From Chlamydiia bacterium (lineage in GTDB: Bacteria > Chlamydiota > Chlamydiia > Chlamydiales > 2-12-FULL-49-11), in assembly GCA_022601595.1 (NCBI GenBank), contig JAJACI010000004.1, forward strand, positions 1,345-65,344: a stretch of DNA of 64,000 nucleotides, in the 5' to 3' direction. Of this stretch, positions 7,639-16,727 are shown one piece after another. A program made the translations under genes and the position numbers. Within the stretch, counting starts at the first letter, position 1. Each line of letters begins with the position of its first letter. The notes beneath the pieces are model-generated. The model did no database searches. It was given only the letters and a program-made list of their open reading frames with translations, and was not told where the DNA came from.

Positions 7639-8928
7639 ATGCATATGACAAAAAAGGAACTCTTTTTAGGAATATTGGTCTATTTTTTAGCAGCTCTATT
7701 CCTTGTATATGAGATGGCTATACAGGTTTCTCCAAGTGTGATGACAGCCCAGCTGATGAGGGATTTTGGAATTGGTGCGGCAGAGCTTGGTTGGATGTCC
7801 TCTGTTTATTATTATAGTTATACGATCATGCAAATACCTGCGGGGTTATTATATGATCGATTTGGTCCTAGAACTCTTTTAACAACTGCATCTTGTATCT
7901 GCGCTTTTGGTATATTATTTTTCTCTTTGACAAAATCGGTTTATCCAGCGGCCGTGGGTCGTTTTTTGATGGGCATAGGATCGAGTTTTGCATTTATTGG
8001 AGTGCTGGTTGTTACTTCTAGGTGGTTTGACAAAAAGTATTTCCCCACCTTTGTGGGCCTTACCATGTTTTTAGCAACGGTTGGAGCTGTTGCCGGGGAG
8101 GTGCCACTTGCCGATGCGGTCGAAGCGTTTGGATGGCGTGATCTTATGTGGGGACTGATGGTAGCGGGTTTTGTTTTAGCAGGAATTTACATTCTTTTTC
8201 TGAGAGATCACCCAAGACATGAATTTGCAGATGGAAGTTCTCATGAGCATTCTATCTTGAATCATTTATGTAGAGTGATGAGAAAAGGGCAATCTTGGTT
8301 TTGTGCTATATATGCCTTTACCGGATATGGACCAATTATCATGTTCGCTGCTTTATGGGGCGTGCCTTATTTATCTGTTCGATTTGATTTAAGCGCGTAT
8401 GAGGCGGCTTTTGGAACGATGATGATGTGGCTTGGATGCGGTGTATCCTCGCCCTTTGTTGGTTTTCTCTCTTCTAAGATAAAAAGGAGAAAGCCTATTT
8501 TATGGGTAGGCGCTCTTTTGGGTCTGATTTCCTTTTCAGTGATTCTTTTTGTTTCGAGCTTGACCTTTGTCGCAGTAAGCACCCTTCTCTTTGTCGCAGG
8601 ACTGGGAACTTCAGCGCATATTTTGACCTTTGCGCTGGTAAGAGATAATAATCCTCCATCTATTGTAGGAAGCTCGTTGGGCTTTAATAATATGGCAGTG
8701 GTAATTGGCGGAGCTATTTTGCAGCCCATTAGTGGATTTATCTTAAACTTTTACTGGGATGGCATTACTAAAGTAAAAGGGGTTCCTGTTTATACTTTAC
8801 ATGCCTATGACCGCTCTCTTTTGTTGATTCCAATTTTATATGCGATAGGGTTCCTTGTCTCCTTCTTTTTTATCAAGGAAACCTATTGTAAGAATACCTA
8901 CAAAGACTTTGAAAAAACTATCGATTAA
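7639..8928 (+). CDS. MFS transporter
   Basis: About 12 hydrophobic segments and an MFS-like loop LLYDRFGPRT between TM2 and TM3. I prefer the ATG at 7639 (MHMTKKE) over the track start at 7603. Confidence 0.8.
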   Translation: MHMTKKELFLGILVYFLAALFLVYEMAIQVSPSVMTAQLMRDFGIGAAELGWMSSVYYYSYTIMQIPAGLLYDRFGPRTLLTTASCICAFGILFFSLTKSVYPAAVGRFLMGIGSSFAFIGVLVVTSRWFDKKYFPTFVGLTMFLATVGAVAGEVPLADAVEAFGWRDLMWGLMVAGFVLAGIYILFLRDHPRHEFADGSSHEHSILNHLCRVMRKGQSWFCAIYAFTGYGPIIMFAALWGVPYLSVRFDLSAYEAAFGTMMMWLGCGVSSPFVGFLSSKIKRRKPILWVGALLGLISFSVILFVSSLTFVAVSTLLFVAGLGTSAHILTFALVRDNNPPSIVGSSLGFNNMAVVIGGAILQPISGFILNFYWDGITKVKGVPVYTLHAYDRSLLLIPILYAIGFLVSFFFIKETYCKNTYKDFEKTID

Positions 8929-8961
8929 TCAAGAGCTTATTTATACTTGTGATTAGAAGTT

Positions 8962-9546
8962 ATGACTCATTTATTTTCTTTTTATCTTTTGGTGTTTACG
9001 GCTATGATAACTCCTGGTCCGAATAACCTACTTACCATGTATTCTGGATTGAATTTTGGCTTTAAAAGGACCTTCCCTTTTATTTTGGGTGTTTTATTTG
9101 GGAGCGGGATTTTACTTTTTGTAATAGGGCTCGGGCTTGGTTCCCTTTTTGAAAGTTTGCCGATGCTTAAAACGATCATGAAGGTAGCGGGTTCTTTATA
9201 TATATTATTTTTAGCATTGAAGATAGCTCTTATGAGTGATGTAAAAGGGCAAGGTCGCGCTTCTCCCATCTCATTTTGGGCGGCAGCCTTATTTCAGTGG
9301 GTCAATCCTAAGGTTTGGATCTTCTTTCTTACTTATGTCTCTATTTTTCATGTGACGAGTAATATTTGGGCAAATACTCTGATTTTGGTAGTATCTATTA
9401 TTATTTTAAACTTTCCTTGTTTAATGATTTGGACCTTTTGCGGCAAGCAAATTCAAAAAATCATGCATAACAAGAGGCAGGTAAAACTGCTTAATAGGTT
9501 GCTGGGCTTGGTTCTAGCAATGTCTGTGTTGCTCCTTTGGAAATAA
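8962..9546 (+). CDS. LysE/RhtB family amino-acid exporter
   Basis: 194 aa. N-terminal ITPGPNNLLTM motif and six-helix hydrophobic pattern typical of LysE/RhtB translocators. Confidence 0.75.
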   Translation: MTHLFSFYLLVFTAMITPGPNNLLTMYSGLNFGFKRTFPFILGVLFGSGILLFVIGLGLGSLFESLPMLKTIMKVAGSLYILFLALKIALMSDVKGQGRASPISFWAAALFQWVNPKVWIFFLTYVSIFHVTSNIWANTLILVVSIIILNFPCLMIWTFCGKQIQKIMHNKRQVKLLNRLLGLVLAMSVLLLWK

Positions 9547-9584
9547 ATCTTGTCTTTATCTGATATTAATAGTAAAATATTTTT

Positions 9585-11162
9585 ATGAAGCATTTATTTT
9601 TATCTATCATTTTAGCCATAAGTTCCTTAAGTTCGGATCCTTTCTTTTGGGGCGTGGCAATATCAGAATATCAAAATTCAGGGTCCCAAACGGTATCAAA
9701 TTGCAATTGGGCGGAGTGGGAAAAAAGCAGTGGCAAAGATTCAGGCAGTTCCAATAACCATTTTGAAAATTATGAGACTCATATTGCCGCGCTTGAAGAA
9801 TTAGGGTGCAATGCTTTTCGTTTTTCTGTCGAATGGAGTTTGATTGAAAAGAAAGAGGGTCAATTTGATCTGGCAGTTGTGCAAAGGTATAGAGAGGAAA
9901 TTTTAGCATTAAAAGAGAAGGGGATCACCCCTTTTGTTACCATGCACCATTTTACAGAGCCTTTATGGTTTACGGAAAAAGGCGGGTTTGAAAAGGAGGA
10001 AAACCTCAAGCTCTTTGAGGAATTTGCTATTTTTATTTTCAGGGAGCTGCATGAAGAGGTAACGTATTGGGCGGTAATCAATGAGCCTACGGTAAATGCA
10101 TACATGCCGTATCACTTGGGAAGGTGGCCTCCTGAAAAGGTGGATACTCAAAAAGGGTTCACGGTCTTAAAAAATCTTCTAGAAAGTCATGTAAATGTTT
10201 ATGAGAAATGTAAGGCGATAGATTCTTCTGCCAGGATTGGCTTTGTCCATAGTTTTTTAGCTTTTGAGGCCTATTATCCGTGGTTTCCCGTGGAAGCTGT
10301 TGCTGCCTATTATATGACGAAAAATTGGAATGAATCGGTCGTTAATTTCTTTTTAACAGGAGAACTTAAGGGATCGCTTCCTTTTGCAGGTGCTGTAGAT
10401 TTTAACGATGACCGCGCGCCATTTTCTTTTGATTTTGTGGGGGTAAATTACTATGCCACGCCGATCTTGGCTTTTACTCCTTTTGGAGATGAGTGGATGG
10501 ATGCCTCTTGTCATGAGGGGCAGGTAATGACTGATATGCCTTACCATATTGATCCAGAGGGGTTTTATGAAACCTTGATACGGTGCACCGCTTTTGATAA
10601 GCCTATCTACGTAACGGAAAATGGAATAGCTGATGCAAAAGACGATAGGAGAGCTTGTTGGATTAAGAGTTATACCGATGCTATGTTACGAGCAAAGAGG
10701 GATGGTAGTGATATTAGAGGCTATTTTTATTGGACGTTGTTTGATAATTTTGAATGGTCTGATGGGTATGATATGAAGTTTGGGCTCTTTGATTTGGATA
10801 AGCAAAGTGGAGCTATAAAGTTGAAAGAGGGAGCAAAAGCTTATCAGGAGATTATTCATTCAGGATTTTTCCCCCTTGCAGATATAAAAAAGGTATTTAT
10901 GAAAGATAAGAAAATAGCAGATGCGAAAGAAATGGTTTTATATGTGAAAAAGAGTTGTCCCTATTGTGTAAAGGTGCTCGATTTTTTAGAAAAGAACCAC
11001 ATCAAAATTACCGTGAAAGATGCAGCAGAGCAAGAAAATAGAGAGTATCTTTTAAAAAATGCTCATAAGACGCAAGTGCCTTGTCTTTTTATAAAGGACG
11101 AGCCTATGTTTGAGTCAGATGATATTATTTCTTTTATCAGATCCTCTATTAGCGGGCTTTAA
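9585..11162 (+). CDS. glycoside hydrolase family 1 beta-glucosidase fused to a C-terminal glutaredoxin domain
   Basis: GH1 blocks: FFWGVAISEYQNSG, FRFSVEWS, acid/base INEP, nucleophile YVTENGIAD, and YWTLFDNFEWSDGY. The C-terminal ~80 aa (from about 10917) reads KKSCPYCVKVLDFL...QVPCLFIKDEPMFESDD, a CPYC glutaredoxin. The N-terminus looks like a signal peptide. Confidence 0.85.
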   Translation: MKHLFLSIILAISSLSSDPFFWGVAISEYQNSGSQTVSNCNWAEWEKSSGKDSGSSNNHFENYETHIAALEELGCNAFRFSVEWSLIEKKEGQFDLAVVQRYREEILALKEKGITPFVTMHHFTEPLWFTEKGGFEKEENLKLFEEFAIFIFRELHEEVTYWAVINEPTVNAYMPYHLGRWPPEKVDTQKGFTVLKNLLESHVNVYEKCKAIDSSARIGFVHSFLAFEAYYPWFPVEAVAAYYMTKNWNESVVNFFLTGELKGSLPFAGAVDFNDDRAPFSFDFVGVNYYATPILAFTPFGDEWMDASCHEGQVMTDMPYHIDPEGFYETLIRCTAFDKPIYVTENGIADAKDDRRACWIKSYTDAMLRAKRDGSDIRGYFYWTLFDNFEWSDGYDMKFGLFDLDKQSGAIKLKEGAKAYQEIIHSGFFPLADIKKVFMKDKKIADAKEMVLYVKKSCPYCVKVLDFLEKNHIKITVKDAAEQENREYLLKNAHKTQVPCLFIKDEPMFESDDIISFIRSSISGL

Positions 11163-11177
11163 CAGGGGAGGGTTATA

Positions 11178-11540
11178 TTGTTACATTCAACTATTGAAAC
11201 TACCCTTTTTTTTTATGTGTCTACTAATAAAATAAAGGTTACTGAGTGTAATTCTTCTGGTTCAAGGTTTGTGAACGCTCTTGCTTTGCAAGCGGGATTT
11301 GAGCAAGTGAGTAGAATAGAAGAGGAGGTATTTCTATTTATTCGTTCAGCTGTTGGAAGTGTAGATCAAGGCAGAGAGATCTTCTTTGAGTGTTGTAGTG
11401 AAGGCACGGATTTCGAGAGTGACCTTTATACCATTTGCAATTATTATCTTTTTGGAAAATCTAGAGAGCTTGGGCAAAATTACACAAGCAAGTATGAAGA
11501 GTTTCACTATAAGATGATGCATCTTTTAAGGAGAGTCTGA
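11178..11540 (+). CDS. hypothetical protein (weak)
   Basis: 120 aa ORF with a TTG start and no recognisable motif. The last codons and the TGA stop lie inside the F1 terminal repeat (ggagagtcTGA). Confidence 0.3.
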   Translation: MLHSTIETTLFFYVSTNKIKVTECNSSGSRFVNALALQAGFEQVSRIEEEVFLFIRSAVGSVDQGREIFFECCSEGTDFESDLYTICNYYLFGKSRELGQNYTSKYEEFHYKMMHLLRRV

Positions 11541-11690
11541 TAAACTGTATTTTTTAGAATTTCTTCAGATTTCTTATAAATCCTATTTTTCGTGGCGCCC
11601 CATCCCGACAGGGATGCAGCTTACTCCAAAATAGGGTTTATTCGAGCAATCTGAAAAAAATATTGAAACCAGTGGTTATTCAGACTCTTC
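11530..11690. mobile_element. F1 element, variant/hybrid copy
   Basis: ggagagtctgataaactgt ... catcccgacagggatg ... ggttattcagactcttc. The right arm belongs to the gaataac/tggtttcaataa subfamily also seen at 34083. A further degenerate terminal repeat follows at 11694-11710. Confidence 0.7.
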
Positions 11691-11754
11691 TTTAGGAACC
11701 TCTGAATAACTATACCACTTGCATAATATTGGATATCTTTGTTTATCTTAGGGT

Positions 11755-11907
11755 ATGGCTATTGCATTTTTCTTCTTATTTCTATCTATTATGCTCAGCG
11801 CCTTTAGGTTACATGTCTATGCCTTGGTGCTTGCTGTATGTACTCTGTGTGTAGTTTCATCGCTTGCTTTAGTACTTTATATGTCTCTTCCACTGGGAGG
11901 AACTTAA
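11755..11907 (+). CDS. possible small membrane peptide (50 aa) abutting the dsbB-like gene
   Basis: Hand-translated as MAIAFFFLFLSIMLSAFRLHVYALVLAVCTLCVVSSLALVLYMSLPLGGT. Its stop TAA is immediately followed by the ATG of the next gene (TAAATG). Too short for the ORF track. Confidence 0.3.
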   Translation: MAIAFFFLFLSIMLSAFRLHVYALVLAVCTLCVVSSLALVLYMSLPLGGT

Positions 11908-12402
11908 ATGAGGGTTCTAGCTACTTTTAACGCTCTTATTCTATACGGTTTAGTCTTTGTAATGTGTTTTTCATATTATGTAGAGTATTCACTTGGATTA
12001 CCTCCTTGTCCGCTGTGTCTTTTGCAGAGATTTTTCATGATGGGTATAGGTACTTGTTTGATGCTTAATATATCAGGCAAGTTAGGCTTTAAAAATATTG
12101 CGGCGGCAATCCTTTCTTGTATTTTAGGATCTATCGTCTCCTTATATCAATGGTCGATGCTTTTGACAAACAATGGCATTTCTTATGCCCCTCAGCTATT
12201 TTCCCTACCACTATATATATGGTCAGCGGCATTATTTTTATCTACCTCTTTGGTTTTATTTATCATGCTCTTTTTCATGAAAGAGAGTGCTTGCGTCCCT
12301 CGAAATGCTTTTATAAACCTAGCATATGTCTTATTTTTAGTAGCTCTTATTTCAGAGGTGATAACGACCTATCTCTCTTCGGGCCTTTTTTTTACGGTTT
12401 AG
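11908..12402 (+). CDS. DsbB-like disulfide oxidoreductase membrane protein (atypical)
   Basis: 164 aa. LPPCPLCLLQRFFM after the first hydrophobic helix resembles the DsbB loop-1 CxxC. No Cys pair is visible in the second predicted outer loop. Confidence 0.55.
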   Translation: MRVLATFNALILYGLVFVMCFSYYVEYSLGLPPCPLCLLQRFFMMGIGTCLMLNISGKLGFKNIAAAILSCILGSIVSLYQWSMLLTNNGISYAPQLFSLPLYIWSAALFLSTSLVLFIMLFFMKESACVPRNAFINLAYVLFLVALISEVITTYLSSGLFFTV

Positions 12403-13185
12403 CATCTTGACGCCGCTTTGAGCTATATTAATAAGCAGAGCAAGCGCTGTGAATATAAAGGGGAAAAGAAGCATTTTTTCTACAGCAAAAAGGGAGAGGC
12501 AGGAGAGGATAAAGATAGAAAGAGAGGGAGCTAAACTCTTTTTCTCAAGGAGTATATAGACAGCAGCGGTTGAAATGAGTGTAGATAATAGCGTTCCCTG
12601 GGTGAGAGGCGCTAAATTATGGGTATAATAGGAAACAGGAAAGAGCAAGATTGGAAAGAGAGAGAGCATGGTGATTTTTGAGGGATATATTTTCTTTACG
12701 ATCAATAGGTAAAAAGCAGAGATAGGGGAGAGGAATGCAAAGAGTAGAGGCAGATTGTATCCGTAGTAATGTATGCTTATCAAAAGAGAAGAAAAGCAGT
12801 GTAGTAGCGCTATGAAAAATAGGGAGAAAAAGAGATGTTCTGATTGTTTTTCTTTATCAAAGGAGAGCGCTGTGATAATAAAGAATAAACCTAGGTTATC
12901 ATAGAAGAATGAAGGGGAGAGGAAGAGGTAGGAGAGGGTTAAGAGAAAGATGCTGGAGATAAAAAGTGATATTTTTGCTGCCGCGTATTTAATATAGAGT
13001 AGGAAAAGGGCTCCCACGAAAATAGAATAGGGGGAAAAGGAGAATATCTCCCTTGCTATGTTGTATACTCCCCTATATTCTATTACACTGAGAAAATAGG
13101 GGATAGATCCGTGTAAGGTCTTGCCAATATGCCACAGCGGAAGATATAAGATGAGAATAAGCGGGTAAAAATTATATCTCTTCAT
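12352..13185 (-). CDS. hypothetical polytopic membrane protein
   Basis: 277 aa, highly hydrophobic. Its start overlaps the upstream gene's stop (ATGA at 13182-13185), which suggests translational coupling. Its 3' end overlaps the convergent dsbB-like gene by 51 bp. Confidence 0.65.
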   Translation of the reverse strand: MKRYNFYPLILILYLPLWHIGKTLHGSIPYFLSVIEYRGVYNIAREIFSFSPYSIFVGALFLLYIKYAAAKISLFISSIFLLTLSYLFLSPSFFYDNLGLFFIITALSFDKEKQSEHLFFSLFFIALLHCFSSLLISIHYYGYNLPLLFAFLSPISAFYLLIVKKIYPSKITMLSLFPILLFPVSYYTHNLAPLTQGTLLSTLISTAAVYILLEKKSLAPSLSIFILSCLSLFAVEKMLLFPFIFTALALLINIAQSGVKMLNRKKKARREIGRYHL

Positions 13186-14054
13186 AGTATATCAATGTTG
13201 ATGTGCAGTTTATGATGGGTTCCACTTGGCGCTCGGGGATCTTTTGCCGATACTGGCTCTATACATACAAAGGTAGCATCTTTTGGATGATAGATCTGAA
13301 AGGCATTTTGTTCGCTATCTGCTTTATAGGTGATGCATAATTTTCTAGATGGGGTAGAGAGGGTTGCCTTGCCAGAAAAATCCTCTGTATTAGGAACAAA
13401 GCCAAAATCACTTTGCTGAGCAAGATTAAAATGTAAAAATCCTTTTTCGTTGAGCCAGCTATCAGGAATTGTTTTCCAGTTACCCAGATCGTTATATTCT
13501 TTTTTACAGGGGATTGTAACAAACCCTTCCTTCTCAGCAAGCGCTAAGTAGTAGTGAAGGCCAATAGTTGAGGGCTCCACCTCACTGTGAACATGGTATT
13601 TTATATCAAGCCCTGTACCGGTAAGGCGTGCTATAAAATCCATTTTAAAATCAAAACCCTCAAGACTTGCTAGGGTAACCCCTTTTTTTGTATCTAATCC
13701 ACATAGATGAGCGGTAACAGATGTAGATGTTTCATCCACATTCCAGCTGCTATATCTTCCTATCCCATGAGATAAAGGGTCGCCACCTTTTGAAAGGTCT
13801 AATTTTGCAATATGTGGGAAAATCGAGGCATCATTATTCCCTGGAATTTTTTCCTTTTTCCTATGATGAAAGTGCGGGCCAATAAGAGCTCCTAGTCCTG
13901 CATAACGTCTAAGAAATTCTTCTTTTGTATCCTGCGCGATATATTCAAGGCCGTCTTTTTTAAAGGAGAGTAGATTCATTCCATGATCAGGGGCAAAAAT
14001 AGCCTCTAATAGTTTGCCATCTTTGGTAAGATGCTGAAGATGTATTTTTTTCAT
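13182..14054 (-). CDS. aldose 1-epimerase (galactose mutarotase-like) family protein
   Basis: 290 aa. N-terminal pattern ...LLEAIFAPDHGMNLLSF, then HGIGRYSSW and C-terminal FVCIEPVS resemble mutarotase-fold proteins. Called by eye only. Confidence 0.5.
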   Translation of the reverse strand: MKKIHLQHLTKDGKLLEAIFAPDHGMNLLSFKKDGLEYIAQDTKEEFLRRYAGLGALIGPHFHHRKKEKIPGNNDASIFPHIAKLDLSKGGDPLSHGIGRYSSWNVDETSTSVTAHLCGLDTKKGVTLASLEGFDFKMDFIARLTGTGLDIKYHVHSEVEPSTIGLHYYLALAEKEGFVTIPCKKEYNDLGNWKTIPDSWLNEKGFLHFNLAQQSDFGFVPNTEDFSGKATLSTPSRKLCITYKADSEQNAFQIYHPKDATFVCIEPVSAKDPRAPSGTHHKLHINIDIL

Positions 14055-14140
14055 AATAATAATAAATTTAAATATTTTTTCACGTTATCAAATTTTTTTT
14101 AATATGGCAATCAAATCAAGGGGGATGTATTCTGGTTGCT

Positions 14141-15472
14141 ATGAAAAAAGAGACCATTACCATTAGAGATCTTACATCTACAGGGGAAGGAGTAGGAGCA
14201 GCAGGAGACCGAGTGGTTTTTGTTGACAAAGCTCTTCCCCAAGAAAAGGTAGATATTTCTATTACAGCGAAAAAAAAAAGCTATTCAAAAGGGGCCTTAT
14301 TAGAAATAATAACTCCATCTGAGCATCGCGTTACTGCCCCTTGTAAATACTTTGGTACTTGTGGAGGGTGTCAGTTGCAACATGCAGATAGTGCTTTGCA
14401 GCTGGAGGTTAAAAAAAATAGGGTGGTGCAGTCATTAAAAAGAATAGCGGGAATAGAAAATCCCCCTGTATCTGATTGCGTCTCTTCTCCTGATAGTTTT
14501 GGGTATCGTAATAAGATAACTATTCCATTATTAGATATAGGTGGAGAGAAAAAAATTGGCTTTTTCAAGAAAAGAAGTCACGATCTTGTTTCTATCGATA
14601 CTTGTTTGCTACATATTCCTTTTGCAGATGTAATCTATCAAAAAGTAAGGAGCATTTTGCTTACCTCTGACCTATCTTTTTATAATGAGAAAGAGAAGAC
14701 CGGACACTTCCAGCATTTAGTTCTTCGGACAAGTGAGCATGAAAATGCTGTTTTGATAGGAATTATCGGCTTGTATAAACCTTCCAAAATGCTCAAGCAG
14801 ATAGCCAAAGAGATATTTGCTATCCCTCATGTCAAAGGGGTTATCTATGGTCACAAGAGCAAAGCTAGCAATAGTATTTATCCAGAATATGAAGAGGTGT
14901 TAGAGGGCGAGGCGACGCTTACAGAAAACATCTTATCAGTTCCCATAGAAATTTCTTTGCTTTCCTTTTTTCAAGTGAACAGAAAATGCGCAGAGTTGCT
15001 GTATAAGAAAGCATATGATTTTGCCGATGTAAAAAAAGGGGATAAAGTGCTCGATGCCTATTCAGGTATTGGAAGTTTTGCTATTTTTCTAGCTAAGCAG
15101 GGGCTATCTGTGACTGGGATAGAGTCCTTTAAAAAAGCAGTGCTTGATGCAAAGTATAATGCGAAGAAAAATGGTGCCTCTCTCACTTTTATAGAGGGTA
15201 CCGTGGAAGATAAGGTAGCAGATCTTTCTGGATTTGATTGTGTTTTTATCAACCCACCAAGAAAAGGCGTTCATATTGATGTAATAGATGCTTTAGGAAA
15301 AATATCTCCTAAAAAGATCATTTATACTTCTTGTGACCCGGGAACTTTATCAAGAGATATTAAGCTACTTATGGAAAAAGGTTACACTTTAACATCTGCC
15401 GCCCCTTTTGACATGTTCCCTCAGACGATGCATGTTGAAACAGTAGCTTGTTTAACTCGAGACTCTACTTAA
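14141..15472 (+). CDS. rlmD: 23S rRNA (uracil-5-)-methyltransferase, RlmD/RumA family
   Basis: TRAM-like N-terminus, Fe-S Cys cluster CKYFGTCGGCQLQH, SAM site DAYSGIGSF, and catalytic FINPPRKG and YTSCDPGTLSRD. Confidence 0.85.
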   Translation: MKKETITIRDLTSTGEGVGAAGDRVVFVDKALPQEKVDISITAKKKSYSKGALLEIITPSEHRVTAPCKYFGTCGGCQLQHADSALQLEVKKNRVVQSLKRIAGIENPPVSDCVSSPDSFGYRNKITIPLLDIGGEKKIGFFKKRSHDLVSIDTCLLHIPFADVIYQKVRSILLTSDLSFYNEKEKTGHFQHLVLRTSEHENAVLIGIIGLYKPSKMLKQIAKEIFAIPHVKGVIYGHKSKASNSIYPEYEEVLEGEATLTENILSVPIEISLLSFFQVNRKCAELLYKKAYDFADVKKGDKVLDAYSGIGSFAIFLAKQGLSVTGIESFKKAVLDAKYNAKKNGASLTFIEGTVEDKVADLSGFDCVFINPPRKGVHIDVIDALGKISPKKIIYTSCDPGTLSRDIKLLMEKGYTLTSAAPFDMFPQTMHVETVACLTRDST

Positions 15473-15475
15473 TAA

Positions 15476-15493
15476 GGAGACTCTGATAAAAAG
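15476..15493 (+). repeat. solo F1 terminal repeat
   Basis: ggagactctgataaaaag lies 3 nt after the rlmD stop codon, with no core or second terminus. Confidence 0.5.
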
Positions 15494-15572
15494 AATGTAA
15501 AAAAATAGGTTGCTTGGATATCAGTATCTTGTTAAGATCCATTGTCAATTAACTTCTACAATTTAGGGTTTT

Positions 15573-16412
15573 ATGTTAAGGGGATTAACTTTCTTTGTAT
15601 TATATGTAGTATCGTTATCAGCATCTAATCATGATCGCAAACGGCAGATGCATTTTAATGAATACATTAAGTTTCTGAACGATAATAAACATCTTGGTGA
15701 GATGGGAAATTATAAAGATGGAAAAATTGAAATAGTTTTAGATAAGAAGACAGTGGAAAAAATCGAAGATACCCAAATGAAGCGTTATATTAAAGCAGGT
15801 GAGAACCCAGAAAAAGCACGCTCACATGCAAAGATTGGTATTGTAGCGCAAGATAAATATTGGGTATGGCTTCGTGATGCGGTAATTTATCCTTGTGGAG
15901 CAAGTGGAACATACAACAGACTTGTTAAAGCAGGGCCTCCTGAAGGGAGTGGAAATAATACGGTTGCCATTTTCCCTGTTAACAATAAAGGGAGAATTGT
16001 TCTAAATGTAACTTATCGCCACGCGGTTAGGGATTGGGTCTTAGAGCTACCTCGAGGGCGTATAAACTCAAATGAAGAGCCGCTTGCAGCTGCAAAAAGA
16101 GAATTACGTGAAGAGACAGGGATGGAGGCAGTTGACATGAGCTATCTTGGGGAGATTATACCCTATTCAGGAACGATTGCTTATTTAGTTCCCATATATT
16201 TTGCAAACGTCAAGAAAAAAGGATCTATCTCTCAAGACTATTCAGAGGCTATAATAGCATGTGTAGATTTTTCTGTAGCAGAGTTAAAGAAGGGTATCTG
16301 TAATGGTCATATGGATGTAACGGTTAATAAAAAGAAGATGAAAGTGAAAATCAAAGATGCCTTTCTCCTTTCCGCTCTTTTTTTAGCCGAAGAGAAAAAA
16401 CTTGTCAAATAG
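15573..16412 (+). CDS. NUDIX hydrolase with N-terminal signal-like segment
   Basis: Nudix box GRINSNEEPLAAAKRELREETGM (GX5EX7REUXEEXGU). Confidence 0.8.
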   Translation: MLRGLTFFVLYVVSLSASNHDRKRQMHFNEYIKFLNDNKHLGEMGNYKDGKIEIVLDKKTVEKIEDTQMKRYIKAGENPEKARSHAKIGIVAQDKYWVWLRDAVIYPCGASGTYNRLVKAGPPEGSGNNTVAIFPVNNKGRIVLNVTYRHAVRDWVLELPRGRINSNEEPLAAAKRELREETGMEAVDMSYLGEIIPYSGTIAYLVPIYFANVKKKGSISQDYSEAIIACVDFSVAELKKGICNGHMDVTVNKKKMKVKIKDAFLLSALFLAEEKKLVK

Positions 16413-16420
16413 TAGCTTTT

Positions 16421-16452
16421 AATTATAAAACTGCCGGATTTTCAGAGTCTCC
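16421..16452 (+). repeat. F1 right-arm fragment
   Basis: aattataaaactgccggattttcagagtctcc lies 9 nt after the NUDIX gene stop. Confidence 0.6.
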
Positions 16453-16456
16453 TTTA

Positions 16457-16616
16457 GGAGACTCTGATAAACTACACTTTTTAGAATTTCTTCAGATTTT
16501 TTGAAATAAATCCGATTTTGGAGTAAGCGGCATCCCTGTAGGGATGGGGCGCCATGAAAAATAGGATTTATAAGAAATTTGGAAAATTATAAAACTGCTC
16601 GTTTATCAGAGTCTCC
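16457..16616 (+). mobile_element. F1 element, full copy
   Basis: ggagactctgataaactacac ... catccctgtagggatg ... ctgctcgtttatcagagtctcc. The outer stem here is aatccgatttt/aaaataggatt. Confidence 0.85.
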
Positions 16617-16667
16617 TAAATGAAAGCTCTCCTCTTTTTTATAGTCTGTGTTATAGTCAATAATATA

Positions 16668-16704
16668 GGAGACTCTGATAAGCTGCTCGTTTTTCAGAGT
16701 CTCC
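16668..16704. repeat. 37 bp minimal F1 derivative (two terminal repeats only)
   Basis: ggagactctgataagctgctcgtttttcagagtctcc has 11 bp perfect inverted termini with a 15 nt loop. Confidence 0.7.
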
Positions 16705-16727
16705 TATAACTATGAATAAGGAAGTGC

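Noticed and set aside
12352-12402. 51 bp 3'-end overlap of convergent genes (also 26160-26203, 32475-32484 and 59861-59869) as a sign of mis-annotation
   Set aside because: The stop codons are fixed by the sequence and both partners look like real genes. Convergent overlaps are plausible in a compact genome, so these are noted but not treated as anomalies.
12117-12410. 97 aa + strand ORF overlapping the dsbB-like gene in another frame
   Set aside because: The alternative frame of a hydrophobic gene. The 11908 frame has the CxxC motif and a better start context.
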